Origin: Tubiluchus corallicola | Lineage: Eukaryota; Animalia; Priapulida | Reading direction: 5' to 3' | Length of the DNA: 64,000 nt | Assembly (NCBI GenBank): GCA_030141605.1 | Contig: JAQGDQ010000547.1 | Span: 71,147 to 135,146 of the forward strand | In this document: positions 22,442-64,000 of the stretch, one piece after another | Numbering within the stretch: the stretch's first letter is position 1 | How the letters are laid out: the number at the start of each line of letters is the position of its first letter | Translations under genes and position numbers: made by a program | Notes under the pieces: generated by a model | What the model saw: the letters and a program-made list of their open reading frames with translations, nothing else | What the model was told of the DNA's origin: nothing | Database searches by the model: none

Positions 22442-23273
22442 CTATAAATGATTAAAACTAAACAGAGCATTTCTCATCTCATATTAGGTCTGGCCTTATT
22501 TTGACAAGCACCTCAGTCCAGACTAAGTTGTTATTCTAGCTAAATGCCCAGAAGCTTAAATTCTTTTCTGTCAATTTAATTCAAGTGCAAATCATGAGGT
22601 TAGTAATCCGATATCGTTGCTAACATTAATAAATCAAATACCTTTCTCATTTTCAGTTTGTTTAGTGGTTGGTGCCATGTTTATATAAAAAAATTTGTTT
22701 ATCGCATGACTTGCAAAACTTTATTTGCAATTGCCACCATTGCTGTTACCGTTTTCAATTGCTAATATATTCAAGTTAAAGTGTATCACAGCATATCCCA
22801 GAAATCAACTGTAATTCATATGGTAGTCAGTCTTCAGCACTTACATGTGAATGTTTGACTACCACTCATTTCACAAACACTTGGGATGTTGATTGAGGTT
22901 CAGGATTTTCAAGTTTAAACACGTGTAATAAAAATCATTCTCTGAAACTTTGTATTAAAGGTTACTAAGTAAGCCTGGTGCTATTCTCAGTAATAATTAT
23001 GTTTGTGCTTATGTTGTAACTAACTGTATATCAAACTGTGTAATGTAGTTTCTGAATACTGTGAATTTGTGTGAGATAACCGTTGTTTGTTTTTATGTGC
23101 ATTGTTCCACATTTCTTGTTACAGAGACATGGTGGTTTTTGTTTTCAAATAATTTTGATCCGGGTACATGTGATATATTCTTCCTAAAATTAGCACTTAT
23201 TTTATGTATAAATCATACAGTTTGTTGCAGTATTATTTGACTAGAGTTCATGGTGTTTAGATCTGCGTGATGT

Positions 23274-23603
23274 CTGCCATGAGAGTGCGACCTCATCTAA
23301 CCTCTTTGTAAATCTAACCGTGCTTTTAGCCTGCACCCGCACCATGTTTGTTTTCTTTCATTTCACCCCTAATCATAACCTCTCACCCCTTGACGTATGG
23401 CCCCCCCCTGGATTAGGGCAAACACATTTTTGGGCCATCACCAAATTTTTCAGACACAGGTCAAATGACGAATAAAATAATTATAATTTTCCATAAAAGG
23501 AGATCTCGAAATTTCTCCATGCCGCCAAATGAAGTACGCTTAGCACCCAGGTATTTTTTATCGTGGGGTTGGGTTCCGACTCGACAATTACCCACAATTT
23601 TTC
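23274..23603. repeat. Dispersed repeat with an inverted copy at 28300-28635
   Basis: About 330 bp of high reverse-complement similarity. Confidence 0.85.
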
Positions 23604-25127
23604 AGATCTCATAAGCAGTTGCGATGAAAAAGGGATTTATTCCGGCTTATTTAGTTGCTGATTTCCCACTTACTGCATGGTGCATTGTGGACTAGCACAA
23701 CAAATACACCTGTGCCATGTGTGTGTAAGTGAGCACAAATGTATTGATCAATCAAAATTACCGCCGTGTAATTAAGTGAAAATCTGCTTACCGTGTTTTT
23801 TTTGCGATGTGTTAAAATGTTATTTAAGTTGTGAGTATAAGGCGTACGTGAATGCTTTGGTAATTTCTCATTGTTCTAGTAATTTCTCATTGTTCTGTTA
23901 TTTTCCCGAAGTTGTTGCTGTTTTTTTTGTTTAGTTATGTTACGAAAAAATTTGTTTTTGTGTATCACGAAAAAATTTGTTTTTGTGTATCATGGTTGTG
24001 CCCAAACAAATATTAATGACCACGTATTTATTTGCATAATGTGTTTTGCATGTTTAAAATGACGGTTTTTCGTTTCCTGTGTCATTATACATTTTGTTGG
24101 ATGATGATATGCATGTTTTTGGTTCTCCCCTTGATTTAGCTTGTGGGCTTTTCCACGGAGTTCTTGTGGTTGTGATAGTGTTGCCACCACCGCTAAACAT
24201 TTACAAATTTAGACCTCGGGCTTTTTAATCTAAAATCAAGAAATTTGCACTACAATTTGGTTTAAATTTTTTGATTTTTGTTTCCGAAAAAGGCCTCATA
24301 AAGCGTCCAAAATGCAGGGAATCACGCTTGCTTTTTTGGGCTCACATCCCAAAACCCTGATTGGGGGAACTTGAGCGCTTCCTAGATCACCTGAATTCAG
24401 TTTGTGACAGAGTGGCAACACTAGGTTGTGAGAAACTAATTTGCGTTTCAGACATTGGCATTTATCATATTTATGAAAGTATTTATAATCCGTACAATTT
24501 CATCTGCAAAATATTCCTTTGTATTACAGAGAAGATCGAAAAAAGTCACCCATTCTAACTTTACACATATTTAGTTGGTTACAAGTATGTTAGATTCTAG
24601 TATTTTACGTATACTTCCCAGTGCTGTAATAGCCTAGTAATTCTTATGGTCTTGTTAAAAATCATGGCTGTTTTAGTTAAATTTAAGTTTAGCTGTCCGA
24701 CTTTGGATGGTATCGGTCATTTGTTATTGTTTTCCTTACGTATAATTTTTTTTTGATAAATAGTGAAACATAGCTTTAGGGTACTTCATAGCACTTAGTG
24801 ATATTTATAGTATCTTCCAGCTATTTAACATTTTTGTACATTTCTGTATAATTGTTTACTTGTTGTATTGTTACTGATTACTCTGTCATAAGGTATCGTG
24901 AAATGGAATTACTATTTCTTTTTCTAATATTTCTATACGTGTATTATTCGTTAATGATGATTTAGTTGGAAGAAGTTAAATCGAGATCTTCTTCCTCTGT
25001 TTCCAATAAGCATCTTTGTAGCTGTTGATTTGACCTGTTAAATTATGATCAGATGCTATGCAGCCGTGGAAAACTTTTCTCAAGCATTGCTATGCTTCCG
25101 TGAATCTATTACTTATGAAAGCATTAT

Positions 25128-25511
25128 CAGGGTTCCCACGGAATTTTAAAATAAATTTCCCCGACTCTTCAAAAACCAAATATTGATTTTCCATGATCAA
25201 AATAAGCAGAAATTGCATTACCACTATACATATTCAAGCATTTTTGCGTATGGACATTCATACATATACTGATATATACTTGTATCGGCACAGTTGCAAT
25301 CGAACAGAAATCGAAAATGGACGCCTGCCATAGTAAAATTTTATTTGAATGCGAATTGCTGAAATATGCGTTTGGAAAAAACATCACTTCACAGTGATTA
25401 TTTTTCCGTGAATTTTCATCATTTTCCCGCCTTTTTATCTAAGTATCTTTTTCCCTGACTTTTCGGGATAGCCTGTATTTTCAAGGATTTTCCCCGACCA
25501 TGGGAACTCTG
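25128..25511. mobile_element. MITE (CAGGGTTCCCA TIR) with 6-bp TSD
   Basis: cattat|cagggttcccacgg...ccatgggaactctg|cattat. Confidence 0.85.
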
Positions 25512-26155
25512 CATTATGAAAAAGTAACAAAAACAGACATTACTTTAAAACCTGTCTTATCAATAATGTAGCTTAAGTGACAATTGAACATTGCAATGTT
25601 GCTATGGCAACAAGAGTTGTGTAATTTTGTGTGACAAAACATTACACAACCTGTAAATTTGCGATTATTTTCATTTTGTAAATATGACTGTGAAATTAAC
25701 GACTTGAGTGATTTAATCAGGAAATAATGTGAAATCTATGGCATGCGTTTTGTGCATATCAGAGTTATATAAAATTTGTCGATAAATAACTAAATATAAT
25801 GCATCGTGTTAATGTACTAAATAATAATTATTAATACTACCAGCTTTGATTATGATGCGATTGTATGATTTGCAAATGCTTTATAAATAAAAACATTTTG
25901 TAAGATTATTCAGCTGAGAACGTCGTTGCTTTTGTCGGTTCCATTTTACACATCAATGAAAACAAAATCCACAGTTTTCTTTTACAAAAAACTTTAATTT
26001 CATTCGATTATGACATAATTCATAATGTCTGCATTAGTTTCAATTGTCAGACTGATAAAGAGCTAACTAACAGCAGGTTAGTTGAACTTATTGTTGCATA
26101 AGAATCTTATTTCATTAGAAATAAATACTTCCCACATGATCAGAAAACTTTATAA

Positions 26156-26617
26156 CAGGTGTGTGCAAATTATCTGACTAGCCGGGCCACATTAAACTTT
26201 CCCGCAATTCCTGCGGGCCACAGGCAGTTTGATCAAGGAGCCAAGTACAGTAGGACCTAATAACGATTTTTTGGCATCCGACCTGCGTACATCATTACCA
26301 CTACACTCAAGAAACTATTTTAGAAGTTATTAAAATTTATATTGCAAACCATATATTTCTACTTTCAGGACAGATAGTGGTAATTTCATTACAATGCATA
26401 TTAGTAATGTGTATCACACAGTCTGTGTAGTACAGTGACATTAAGCTACAACCGTCTTGTAAAGGTTAATGGCATCCGATCTAGTAGAAAAAACTACCGG
26501 GCACTATCTATGGGATCGTGGCACAGACTTCAGCTGGATACACTCAATTAATCGCCCGGGCCGCACTTTCATTAGGTTGACAAATTCTCTCGGCGGGCCG
26601 CAATTTGCACAACCCTG
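26156..26617. mobile_element. hAT MITE family C
   Basis: 8-bp TSD ctttataa. Confidence 0.92.
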
Positions 26618-28098
26618 CTTTATAATATAAACGATGTATAAGAGAAAACTACATTACAAAATGATGATTAATCATTTACGATGAGACAGACAGGCTGTAT
26701 AACATTTTTGAATTGACAAAACTATAAAATAAATCAAAGCAAATTATTTCCAATAATCTATAAATGTCAGTGTTCATGAATCAAAATATTAGATGGTGAT
26801 ATTTACAATTCATTAGTGACTAGTACTAATAATTTATCAATCACACAATTAGTAGATGCGCAAATATAATAGACTTTATATTGGTTTTTCATGTTAAATG
26901 TAGACCCGCGTTAACTCAAATGTAGATTTAGGTAATTCACATGTGTCTTGGTAACTCAAATGTAGATTTAGGTAATTCAAATGTGTTAACAATGGTTTTC
27001 AAGAAATCTTAAGCGTTTCTGGTAAGTCAAATGTAGACACATGTCAAGTCAAATGTGACATTGGTATCTCAAATGTGGATAGGTGGTAAAATTTAAGAAT
27101 GTTAAATTTAATCTTCTTTAATTTAAATTTAATAATTGCTCTTAAGTTAAATCTTAAGCGCTTTTGGTAAGTCAAATGTAGACAAAATGTTTTTGTAAAA
27201 CGTTGACAAATAAAATGCAGAATGGTGTATATATTAATAAGTGTATAATCGTTAACTTATTTATGTACAACACTTTTAAGTTTTCTTATCGTTTTAAAAA
27301 ACATTTTGTTTATATTTGAAAAATGTATTAACGTTCATACAAATAGTTGCAAATTAATTAAATATAATAAAAATTGATGCTGCCGATAGCACCATGACCG
27401 TAAAATATAATTTTAATTTGGTTTATCTTTTTGTAATTTGCACTTAAATAAGTTAATTACCGATTTATTCAAAGTACCGCATCTACATTTGACTTACCTA
27501 AGTCACATTTGAACTTTCCTGTGTCTACGTTTGACGTGTAAAACCTATATATAGTTTTCATATTAGACTTGGAGAAAGTAAAATTAATAATAAATCTGGC
27601 ACCTTTTCGAAAACCAAGAACTTATTGTTGGATTTACAAGATTAGTGGCCCAGCTGTGTTCTCAAAAGTGCAAACTTTTCTGACGACAACGGTAACTTCA
27701 CATTTTACAAAAATGATCAGGGGTTATTACAAAACTAGTTACACTTTTACTAGTGACAACTCTTTGTAAAAATGGCATGTATTTTTTAAACTGGCTAATG
27801 TTTTCAAAATTAGTTAGCAGTTTTTTAACAAAGCAGAAATTTTTTTGACAAAAATGATATGTTTTGCTTTTACAATAGTGAGCAAGATTTTTTTTACAAA
27901 ATTAGTGGCATTTTTACCGAAGTGGCTATTCTTTTTACAAAACGTGGTGACTTTTTACAACGTGATAATTTTTTACAATTTAGGTCGCAATAACTACCCG
28001 TAGAAGCACCAAAACTATAGCAAAATTGGACGTGGTTTTAACGAAGTCCTCTTGATCTTGAGTCTGGTCTTGAAAGTAGACACCAAGACAATAGGATT

Positions 28099-56463
<28,365 letters not shown>

Positions 56464-57689
56464 TAGAAAAAGCTAAAAGAAATGAATTTCTATTAAGATT
56501 TGTGGCCAGTATTAAGAAGTCCATAACAACCATCTAAAAGGTTTTTCAAAATGCTGTCAGCATCTGGTTTGTCAGGCACAGTGACCATGTGACTGTTGAA
56601 CCTGAAGGTAAACCCTGTTGCTTTTACTAACTATTTAATTGCATATTAACCCTCTGGTAAAAGTTGTATTATGTATGAGAAGAATTAAAATTCAAATTCA
56701 TAATGCTGCCATGCAAACGTGGTCGTCAAGAAATCAAGAATGCACGCAAAACTGACGCAGATAGAAGGGTCCCGATGCTAATCGTATAGAAATACAATTG
56801 AAATATGCCTGGTGCATCCAAAACAAACTTGGAGAGATTTCGACAAACCAGGGAGTTTGAATTAGGCTGGTAAAGTTTATATACGAGATGCCGGCAATGA
56901 AATGTTGGGAGAATTGTTTGTGGTAAACAAAAGCATGGAGAAAGTAGCCAAAATCATTTCAGTTCAACTGTAAATTTTACCCAACTGCTATCTCGGTAGA
57001 AAATAAATTATAAATCAGTTTACTCTTTTATAAGAACAAAATTTAAAAAAACAACAACTATGACTGCTTGAATGATTAAAAAAAAATCATGCAGGTGCCG
57101 CAACGATATGCTACAAACAAACCTAAGGTTCTTCGTAAACGGGGCACAATGGACAATGGTGGCACAACTATTATATTAAATGAATTGGAAGCCTACAAAT
57201 ACATAACAGGGGTGAGCATTCTTTACCAGAATGCGAATGCACTCATTTCAAAATGCAGTAAGTTATTAGCATTCGTATAATTAAAGTAACTTCTTGTGTA
57301 AAATGTGTATTGTTATCTATGATGGTATTACCCTTTACATGTGATACTTTGTTTGCCAAGTAAATAATGTAATTTTAATATGAGGTAGATTCAGCATTCT
57401 TTCATTTGAGTCATTAATGTTCTTGACACAACTGTTTATCAGCAAGAATTAGAATGTTAGTTTTATTTAATTACTTGTTTTAATTAAGTGCTTGAGTTTC
57501 ATTAAAGTGTCACGTGCTTGAATAGTCACGGTGTAGTGTTTTCAGTGCGTCCAATTTCAGAAGCTGATACGGTAATTTCTGATTCGCCCTCGTCGTCACC
57601 GCTGTCTTATATGATGAGGGTCATTAAATGGAAAAAATGCAAGGGTATAAAACAGACTTAAAACGAAGATGCCGTTCCAGCTCGTGTTA

Positions 57690-59000
57690 AAACTGCGACA
57701 ATCTTGTGGTATTATGTTACAATTTCATTGTCTTCACAACGCACAAATTAGATTTATAAAGCAAAGTTTGGATTTAATAAATGGCAGATTTTCCTAGGTT
57801 AAGGTATTATACAGTTCCATGTCCACACAGATTTTCCTCACCCAGCATTTGCAGTTTTGGTCATATTGCAGACTCTTTAAGTTGATGAATTTAGGTCATA
57901 AACAGCAGTCTAGTATATATTAAAAATAAGGCAGGGCCAAGAATTGAACCTTGTGGAACACCACAGGTAACTTCAAGGAGATATGAGTTGCGAGCTTCGA
58001 ATGGTAGTAGTGTGTTGTTTGCTGTTAGAGGGGTATGATGAGATTAATTCCAATGCAGGCCCAAGAATCCCATAATGGGTGAGTTTCTTAAGGAGAACAT
58101 TATTACCTTCGATGATCGGGGCAAAGCTAATGGCTTTTAGCCCATGGTTGCAATACCTAATTGTAAACATAATGTTGTGGATCCATAACATTAACATTGC
58201 AAGAGTTGATACTATGCCATAGTCAGGTGGAAGTCTTTAATTCTCGTCAATAGGGTCCCATTCAGCCTGAAATTTCAGGATGGTTTTTCCAATACTGATT
58301 CAGCCATGACTTAAAGTGTGAAGCATAAGTGGCACACCATACCTTAGCATTTAAGGAATTTCAATCACTGGCAGTCCCGAACATAAATCTATTCCTGTTT
58401 CTGCATCTGGGCTTAATAACTTTATATCCAGCACCTGGTAGATTATTAGCAAAATAACGAACAGGCTGTAGTTTAGTCTTGATACGAAACATGATCAAAC
58501 ATCAGGACCAAATCTCCTCTCTTCTTTCGAAATCTCAATGAGGGGCGTTTCAGATTGCTCACCCGTTCTGAATACATCAGATAACTCATGGCAGGAATAA
58601 TTTTGTAGTTCTACGTTGGATAGATTCCACTTTCCTTACAGTGTTCAGTGTAGGTGGATTCCAGACTCTCCATAGTAAAGTTATGTTGTAAAGTGATGTT
58701 ATGAAGTAAAGTTATGTAGTAAAGTTAAAATTATGTTGCACTTTGTCAAAAGCTTTTGATAAGTCAAGGAGGACACCACATGCTAAACACTTTTTTGCAA
58801 GTGTACTTAATGTACCGGATTCTCAATGATTTCAGTTTTAGTAAACTAGCAGTCTATGTCTATAAACTAACAGTTGAAAACGATTTTCGGATTCCAAACT
58901 GAAATTTAGTTATGATAATATTTTGTGTAGTAAAAAGTGATTTAGTCGGTTAAATAATGTTTAAATATTTTGGATGCTGGTGAAAGGGATAGATATACGT
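57690..59000 (-). mobile_element. Decayed, interrupted LINE RT fragment
   Basis: VLLDLSKAFD at about 58750, LLKKLTHYGILG, VTCGVPQGSILGPALFLIYI at about 57920-57970. Confidence 0.8.
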
Positions 59001-59445
59001 CTATAAGTATGATTAGGAATAATGTGGAAAATCGGTTTTATACACAAGTGTTATTTTTGCCACTTTTAAACAGCCATATTAGTATCGCTCGGCGAAACTC
59101 GATAGGTACCTGGAATGGGCTAGTGCCATACACACTGCTCATTACATTTTATAGTTTAATAACAAAATTACTACAGTATAGTTAAGCTAAAGTAACAACG
59201 TTAAAATTTGCCTAATTCTACTAGTAATCTATGTTCAACCCTCTAGAATTAATTACTAATAATAGTCACATTACATTTTATTAAAACCTATTTAAACCAA
59301 GCGCCTCAGCTACTGGCCAGTTTCCATCATATTCAGCGAAGGGTGGTACGGTTTTTGTAGTTTGGTGATTTCTGTGTTTTCTTGTGCCTCTCTACACTGA
59401 TGTGGAGATCATATCTTATCTTATGTGGGCAAACGATAAATCAAG

Positions 59446-59446
<1 letters not shown>

Positions 59447-59524
<78 letters not shown>

Positions 59525-59547
59525 GTAGTAGTAGTAGTAGTAGTAGT
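59447..59547. repeat. (TTA)n(GTA)n compound microsatellite
   Basis: Direct inspection. Confidence 0.97.
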
Positions 59548-62500
59548 TTTGTTTACTGCTCTTCACAAGCTGTCTTCGCTCTTCTCACTGTCCTCACTGG
59601 CCTTCCTCACAGCGAACTGCTGATCTGGGCTTTGTGATTGCAGTTGCCGCTCCACATGGATTAGTTGAAAAAAAATTCTGAGATGATTATTGTATATATG
59701 ATACAGCATGATTTGGTCACCTTTTCTTTCTTTTTAAATGCAAAGATGGAAACTTCAATGTATGCATTCTTTCTGCGTATGACATATCTCTAATAATTGA
59801 TGGTACTAAATTGGTGACTTTCTGTTGAATATATTCTACCTCATGTATTACACGGAAAACGTTTCTTGGAAATTTTTTTTTTCATAGATTTCTTTTCTGG
59901 AAAGTTTGTTTTTCTGAAAAATGGTTTTCTGTGAAAATAATTTTCTTGGAAACTGACCTAAATCGCTCATCGTCATCAGCCATACTAGCAATGTAACAAT
60001 GTGTAATGTGAGCAGTATAAAAGATAAAGGCATAAATGGCGTCGTGGATGTATTTATTCTTTTCAGCAGTTCATAGTAGAGACTTGTCAGATTACCTAGA
60101 CTAGAGATCATAGCAGATAAATCATGATACCAGTTAGACATGGTGGAGTAGGCGGAGAGAAAATGCATAAAGTTTCCAAGTTCATTAGACTGGTTATACA
60201 CTTTCAATTCAACTCAATTCAGTTTTATTTGCACAAATACATGCAATGTACTTTGGTAAAGCAATACACGTTAAAACACAAGTAAACCCTTCATAAACAT
60301 AATGCTTAACAAATTTGGCTTGAAATTTTGTCACTTGCGTTCTGCCTTTTTGCAGGACTTCAATCGGCAGTAATGCTGTATAAAACATGTAGACTTAAAC
60401 TCCTGGGATAACCGCTAGATGCAGCCATTTTGACAACAGGTCATTTGAAACATTTTGAGTCGTTTAGATAACACTGAGTAAAGTTTCAAAAAATTATCAG
60501 AGCATCCGTAGTGCACACGTCACTAAGTGAGTAAAATTTTAAATTACTGTATCTTGTCAAGAAGATTAAAAATAGTTTTTTGGCTGGCGAGTGGCGTAGC
60601 CTAGAGGGTGAGTCAGCGACATTTTACCAATTGGTGAAAACATTTTAAATAAATAAAAAAAATTCTTTTCTAGTTACGTAAGTCTTTCTAGCAGGTAAGT
60701 GAAAAGCTACGTAATATAAATTTGCATGCAAAGTTTTTTTGGTACATAATTTAACATTGCCGTTTCTTCCCCTGATTTACGTTGTGCGTAGGTGACATCA
60801 TGTAATGGCACCACCAGAGCAGCATTGTGGGAGATTTAAAATGAAGACAAGCAAATATTCCTTTCAATGCCAGTATGATATAGGCATAAAATTGCTATAA
60901 AGTGATATAATTTTTAAGGCGATTTTTCTGAAACCTACATCAGGTACCCCTTTTCTTGTCCTTTAAATGCTACATAAACCGAAAAAAATCATAATAGGCT
61001 GTGTGTGAAGTTATTTTCATAGACAAACGTTAAGATACGGCACACTGCTACAAAAATCACAGTTACACAAAAATTGTATAATTTAGCAACGAAAAAAGAA
61101 AAATGACTTAAAAGTAGCAGTATTATATATACCAGCTGTATCTGTACACTTTCAAATTTTAACATTTCAACTTCTCTAATTTTGCACTTCCAGATGAGGC
61201 TGGCATTTAATATAAATATCTATGTTGATATTGATGATCGAAGACCGAAGTTTGACTCCAATAGAGAGATAAATTTGTGAGATGGAAAATATTATTTACA
61301 CAAAATTTTGATTAGCCCTTTCTTGTCTTGTTAAGAGTTACTACTGCCTTTTTATTTTTGAGGCGTCATTCAGCCTTTGATTAAATTGAAATTGATGCTC
61401 ATTGCAAGAAGGTTTACAGTTGGAGTAAGTGCTGTATCTTCACAACAGTAGTTTTGACGGGTCCGTTTACCTTCTTGCAAATTTATTTTACATTTAACTT
61501 GATCCAGTTTCCATTCTGCGCGGTATTTCTAGACGACGTACCTAGTGTAACTCCTCGAACTTTTCGTATGTGGTGCTTCAGCTTTTTAACTGACAGAGCA
61601 TTGAAACGTCGTCTAATTGGAATGTTAAAAGAGGTAAACGGCTTTTGTTTTAACCACTGTTATTGTCCAGATCATTTGTCGTTTATTGCTAGATGTAAAT
61701 TTTATTATAAACGTCATGTAAGTATACCTTTGAAGTGCTCAAGTCTTACTGAAACCTACAAAGTCACTAATGTGAAACACTGTAACTGCACGAATTTAGC
61801 AGAATAAATTCTTATTAAAACAATATATGTTACAAATGTGATGTAATCAGTGTGATAGAGGGGAGTGTCGGTACAATTGAAACCATAGCGCTCTTGGAAA
61901 CTAAGGTAAAGAGACGGTTAACAGTTTGAATGTTTAACCGACCACTAACTGGTGTAACTATTTAGAAAATCATTAACCGTTTAACCGCTTGTCTACAATT
62001 ATCTGGCAAACGTGGATGTTAAAACTAACAATGTGATCACCATCTGACTATTGAAAACTTTTTACAAGAGAAATTCCCATATTTTCTCTTATTGTGCATG
62101 GTCATAGCGCCATCCTGCCGAACTCATTGTAGTACTGAAAGTAGCACGGGAGTCATGGACCTGTAGCAACATTAACGCATGGTGCTTTATTGTTCATTGT
62201 GCATTAATATTCAGAGTTTGTGCACTTGGCAGACTCTGGGAGTTTATGTACAGCCAATGATCTGTGAGTAATATTTAAAAAACTTTTGATGTTAAACTAA
62301 TTGGAGAAAATAAATGTTCTATGTTCTAAACATGGCACGATTCGGACAGGGTAATGGCGTTGCAGGTATTTCTTTATAATGGTTCATAAAGTGGAATTTT
62401 AGCATATTATCGTTCTGGTTGCCTGGAATAACTTTATTATATGAAGTACAGATACGTGTTAGCCGGACTTGTTGAATAATTTTATGTTGTTGTTTCTCAG

Positions 62501-63406
62501 TGATTTTGCTTTCTAAAAAATATAAACAAGAATTATGTACACACCAAGTGTAATCGGAAGGTTTATAGTATGCAAAAATTATAAATCTGTATATATATTT
62601 AATAAGATTCAGTAATTGACATTATTTTAATTATCATTAAGTCACTATGAATTAGCCTGTGCGTAGAGTAATTTATTAGCAGGATTTTGCTTCGCAACAA
62701 GAAAAAATGAACTAGGTAAGATTCTAGCTAGCTGTTAAAACTGTTAGTACACAAATGAGGTACCTGGTACAATTAACCTTTGACCTTTTCGTAATCTTCG
62801 TCAATCGCTGGAACTGTGAAACGGCTCACTGAAAATATAATAACTCTTAACTCTTTACTCACCCAGCTGGTGAGTGTGTGACGGCGTTCGCTGTTTGACT
62901 ACGTTGACTGCAGTTTGGTGGTGACTACCTGTCAACTGATTGGGAATGTGATATATGCCGTATCAAAGTTGCCTTCAGTTGTTTGTAGTGGTTTCATAAC
63001 CATAAATCTGGTTGCACGTCAGCTCGGCCAGTTGCCGTGGTAAAAATAAAAATTTCGGTAACACAGTAAGAATCTGCCTTACTGTTTCTGGTGTGCACTG
63101 TCATATCTGTGAGAGAAAGGGTTAATTTTTCCATGTTTGTAGTTACGTGCAAGTCCAACAGTCAGTAGCCTAACAATTTTATTTTAAATTAAACTAGACA
63201 GAATTTTGTGGCTGATGTAGTTGCAGCTATAAAAACATAAATCTCTGTTTTCATATACTAAAAGTCACCTCTACCTGGCCAACTTCGTAGAGAAGTCTGT
63301 GCATTTAATAATATCATAAAGGTTTATTATTGTGTACAATATTGTAATAAAGCAATGGCAATAATAATAATAATAATAACAACACTTTTTTCTTTTTACT
63401 GAGCAG

Positions 63407-63500
63407 ATTCGTGTGGAGCTTCAGATGATTAGTTACATCAAATCCTGAATATTTATCTATTATTATCTGATTTACACGTGTCCAGACATGTCTGATGAAG
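63407..63500 (+). other. Possible exon with the start codon (MSDE...) of a downstream plus-strand gene
   Basis: Polypyrimidine tract then gagcag| ... gacATGTCTGATGAAG|gttagt; no homology support. Confidence 0.3.
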
Positions 63501-64000
63501 GTTAGTAGTTTTGCTTTCTTTTAATTTTTATAAGTTTTTGATAGAATTTGTGGTAGAACTAATTTATATTAACTTACGCTGTTTTTTTTGCGATGTATTT
63601 TTGTGTAATTGGCACTAATCACTTTAATGCCGCTACTGTAAATGATGACATATCGAAAATTATTTGGCTTTAAAAGATATGTGAAATCTCTTCTGCTGAA
63701 ATCTTACTTATAATGCATTTTTGGGTTTTGCTGATAGTCACAGTAAATCCCGCTACTGGTTACTTTGCATTTTACATTTTCATACTTTTGCATCGTGTCT
63801 CTGCTGAACTTCTTTCTAATTCATTTCTTTTCTCCTTTTCTCTCTCTCTGTCTATTATTTTATCTTAACTACTTCCTGTTTTTCTATAATTCTCTCTCTT
63901 GTAAATTAAGTCGTTTTTTTTCACTTTTCGTGGTGGTCTTACAAGCTTTGCTTCTTGACCACCATGCAGCATCTATTTCTTGTTGACAAACTATTATGTA

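Overview
AT-rich, repeat-dense genomic DNA from an invertebrate animal (probably a protostome); nothing here looks prokaryotic. Three spliced genes can be rebuilt with phase-consistent GT-AG introns. (1) UBE2N/Ubc13 (bendless) on the minus strand, exons 1-4 at 9041..1514; its last exon was not found in the window. (2) A complete 9-exon Src42A/FRK-type tyrosine kinase on the plus strand (13163..21977, about 550 aa), head-to-head with Ubc13. (3) A 13-exon GTSE1-like gene on the minus strand (56463..28099, about 609 aa), convergent with the Src gene. The introns are inflated by hAT-like, pogo/Tigger-like and Kolobok-like MITEs, non-autonomous Helitrons, CR1/L2- and RTE-type LINE fragments, a 5S-rRNA/RTE chimeric SINE, microsatellites, and at least eight locally amplified minisatellites (11, 20, 44, 49, 56, 74, about 90 and 98 bp units). 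The most unusual structure is the 56-bp array in Src intron 3. Its unit is the splice acceptor plus the first about 22 nt of SH2 exon 4, so about 21 decoy acceptors precede the real one and carry variant codons for the exon start. All coordinates were read by eye and no database searches were run.
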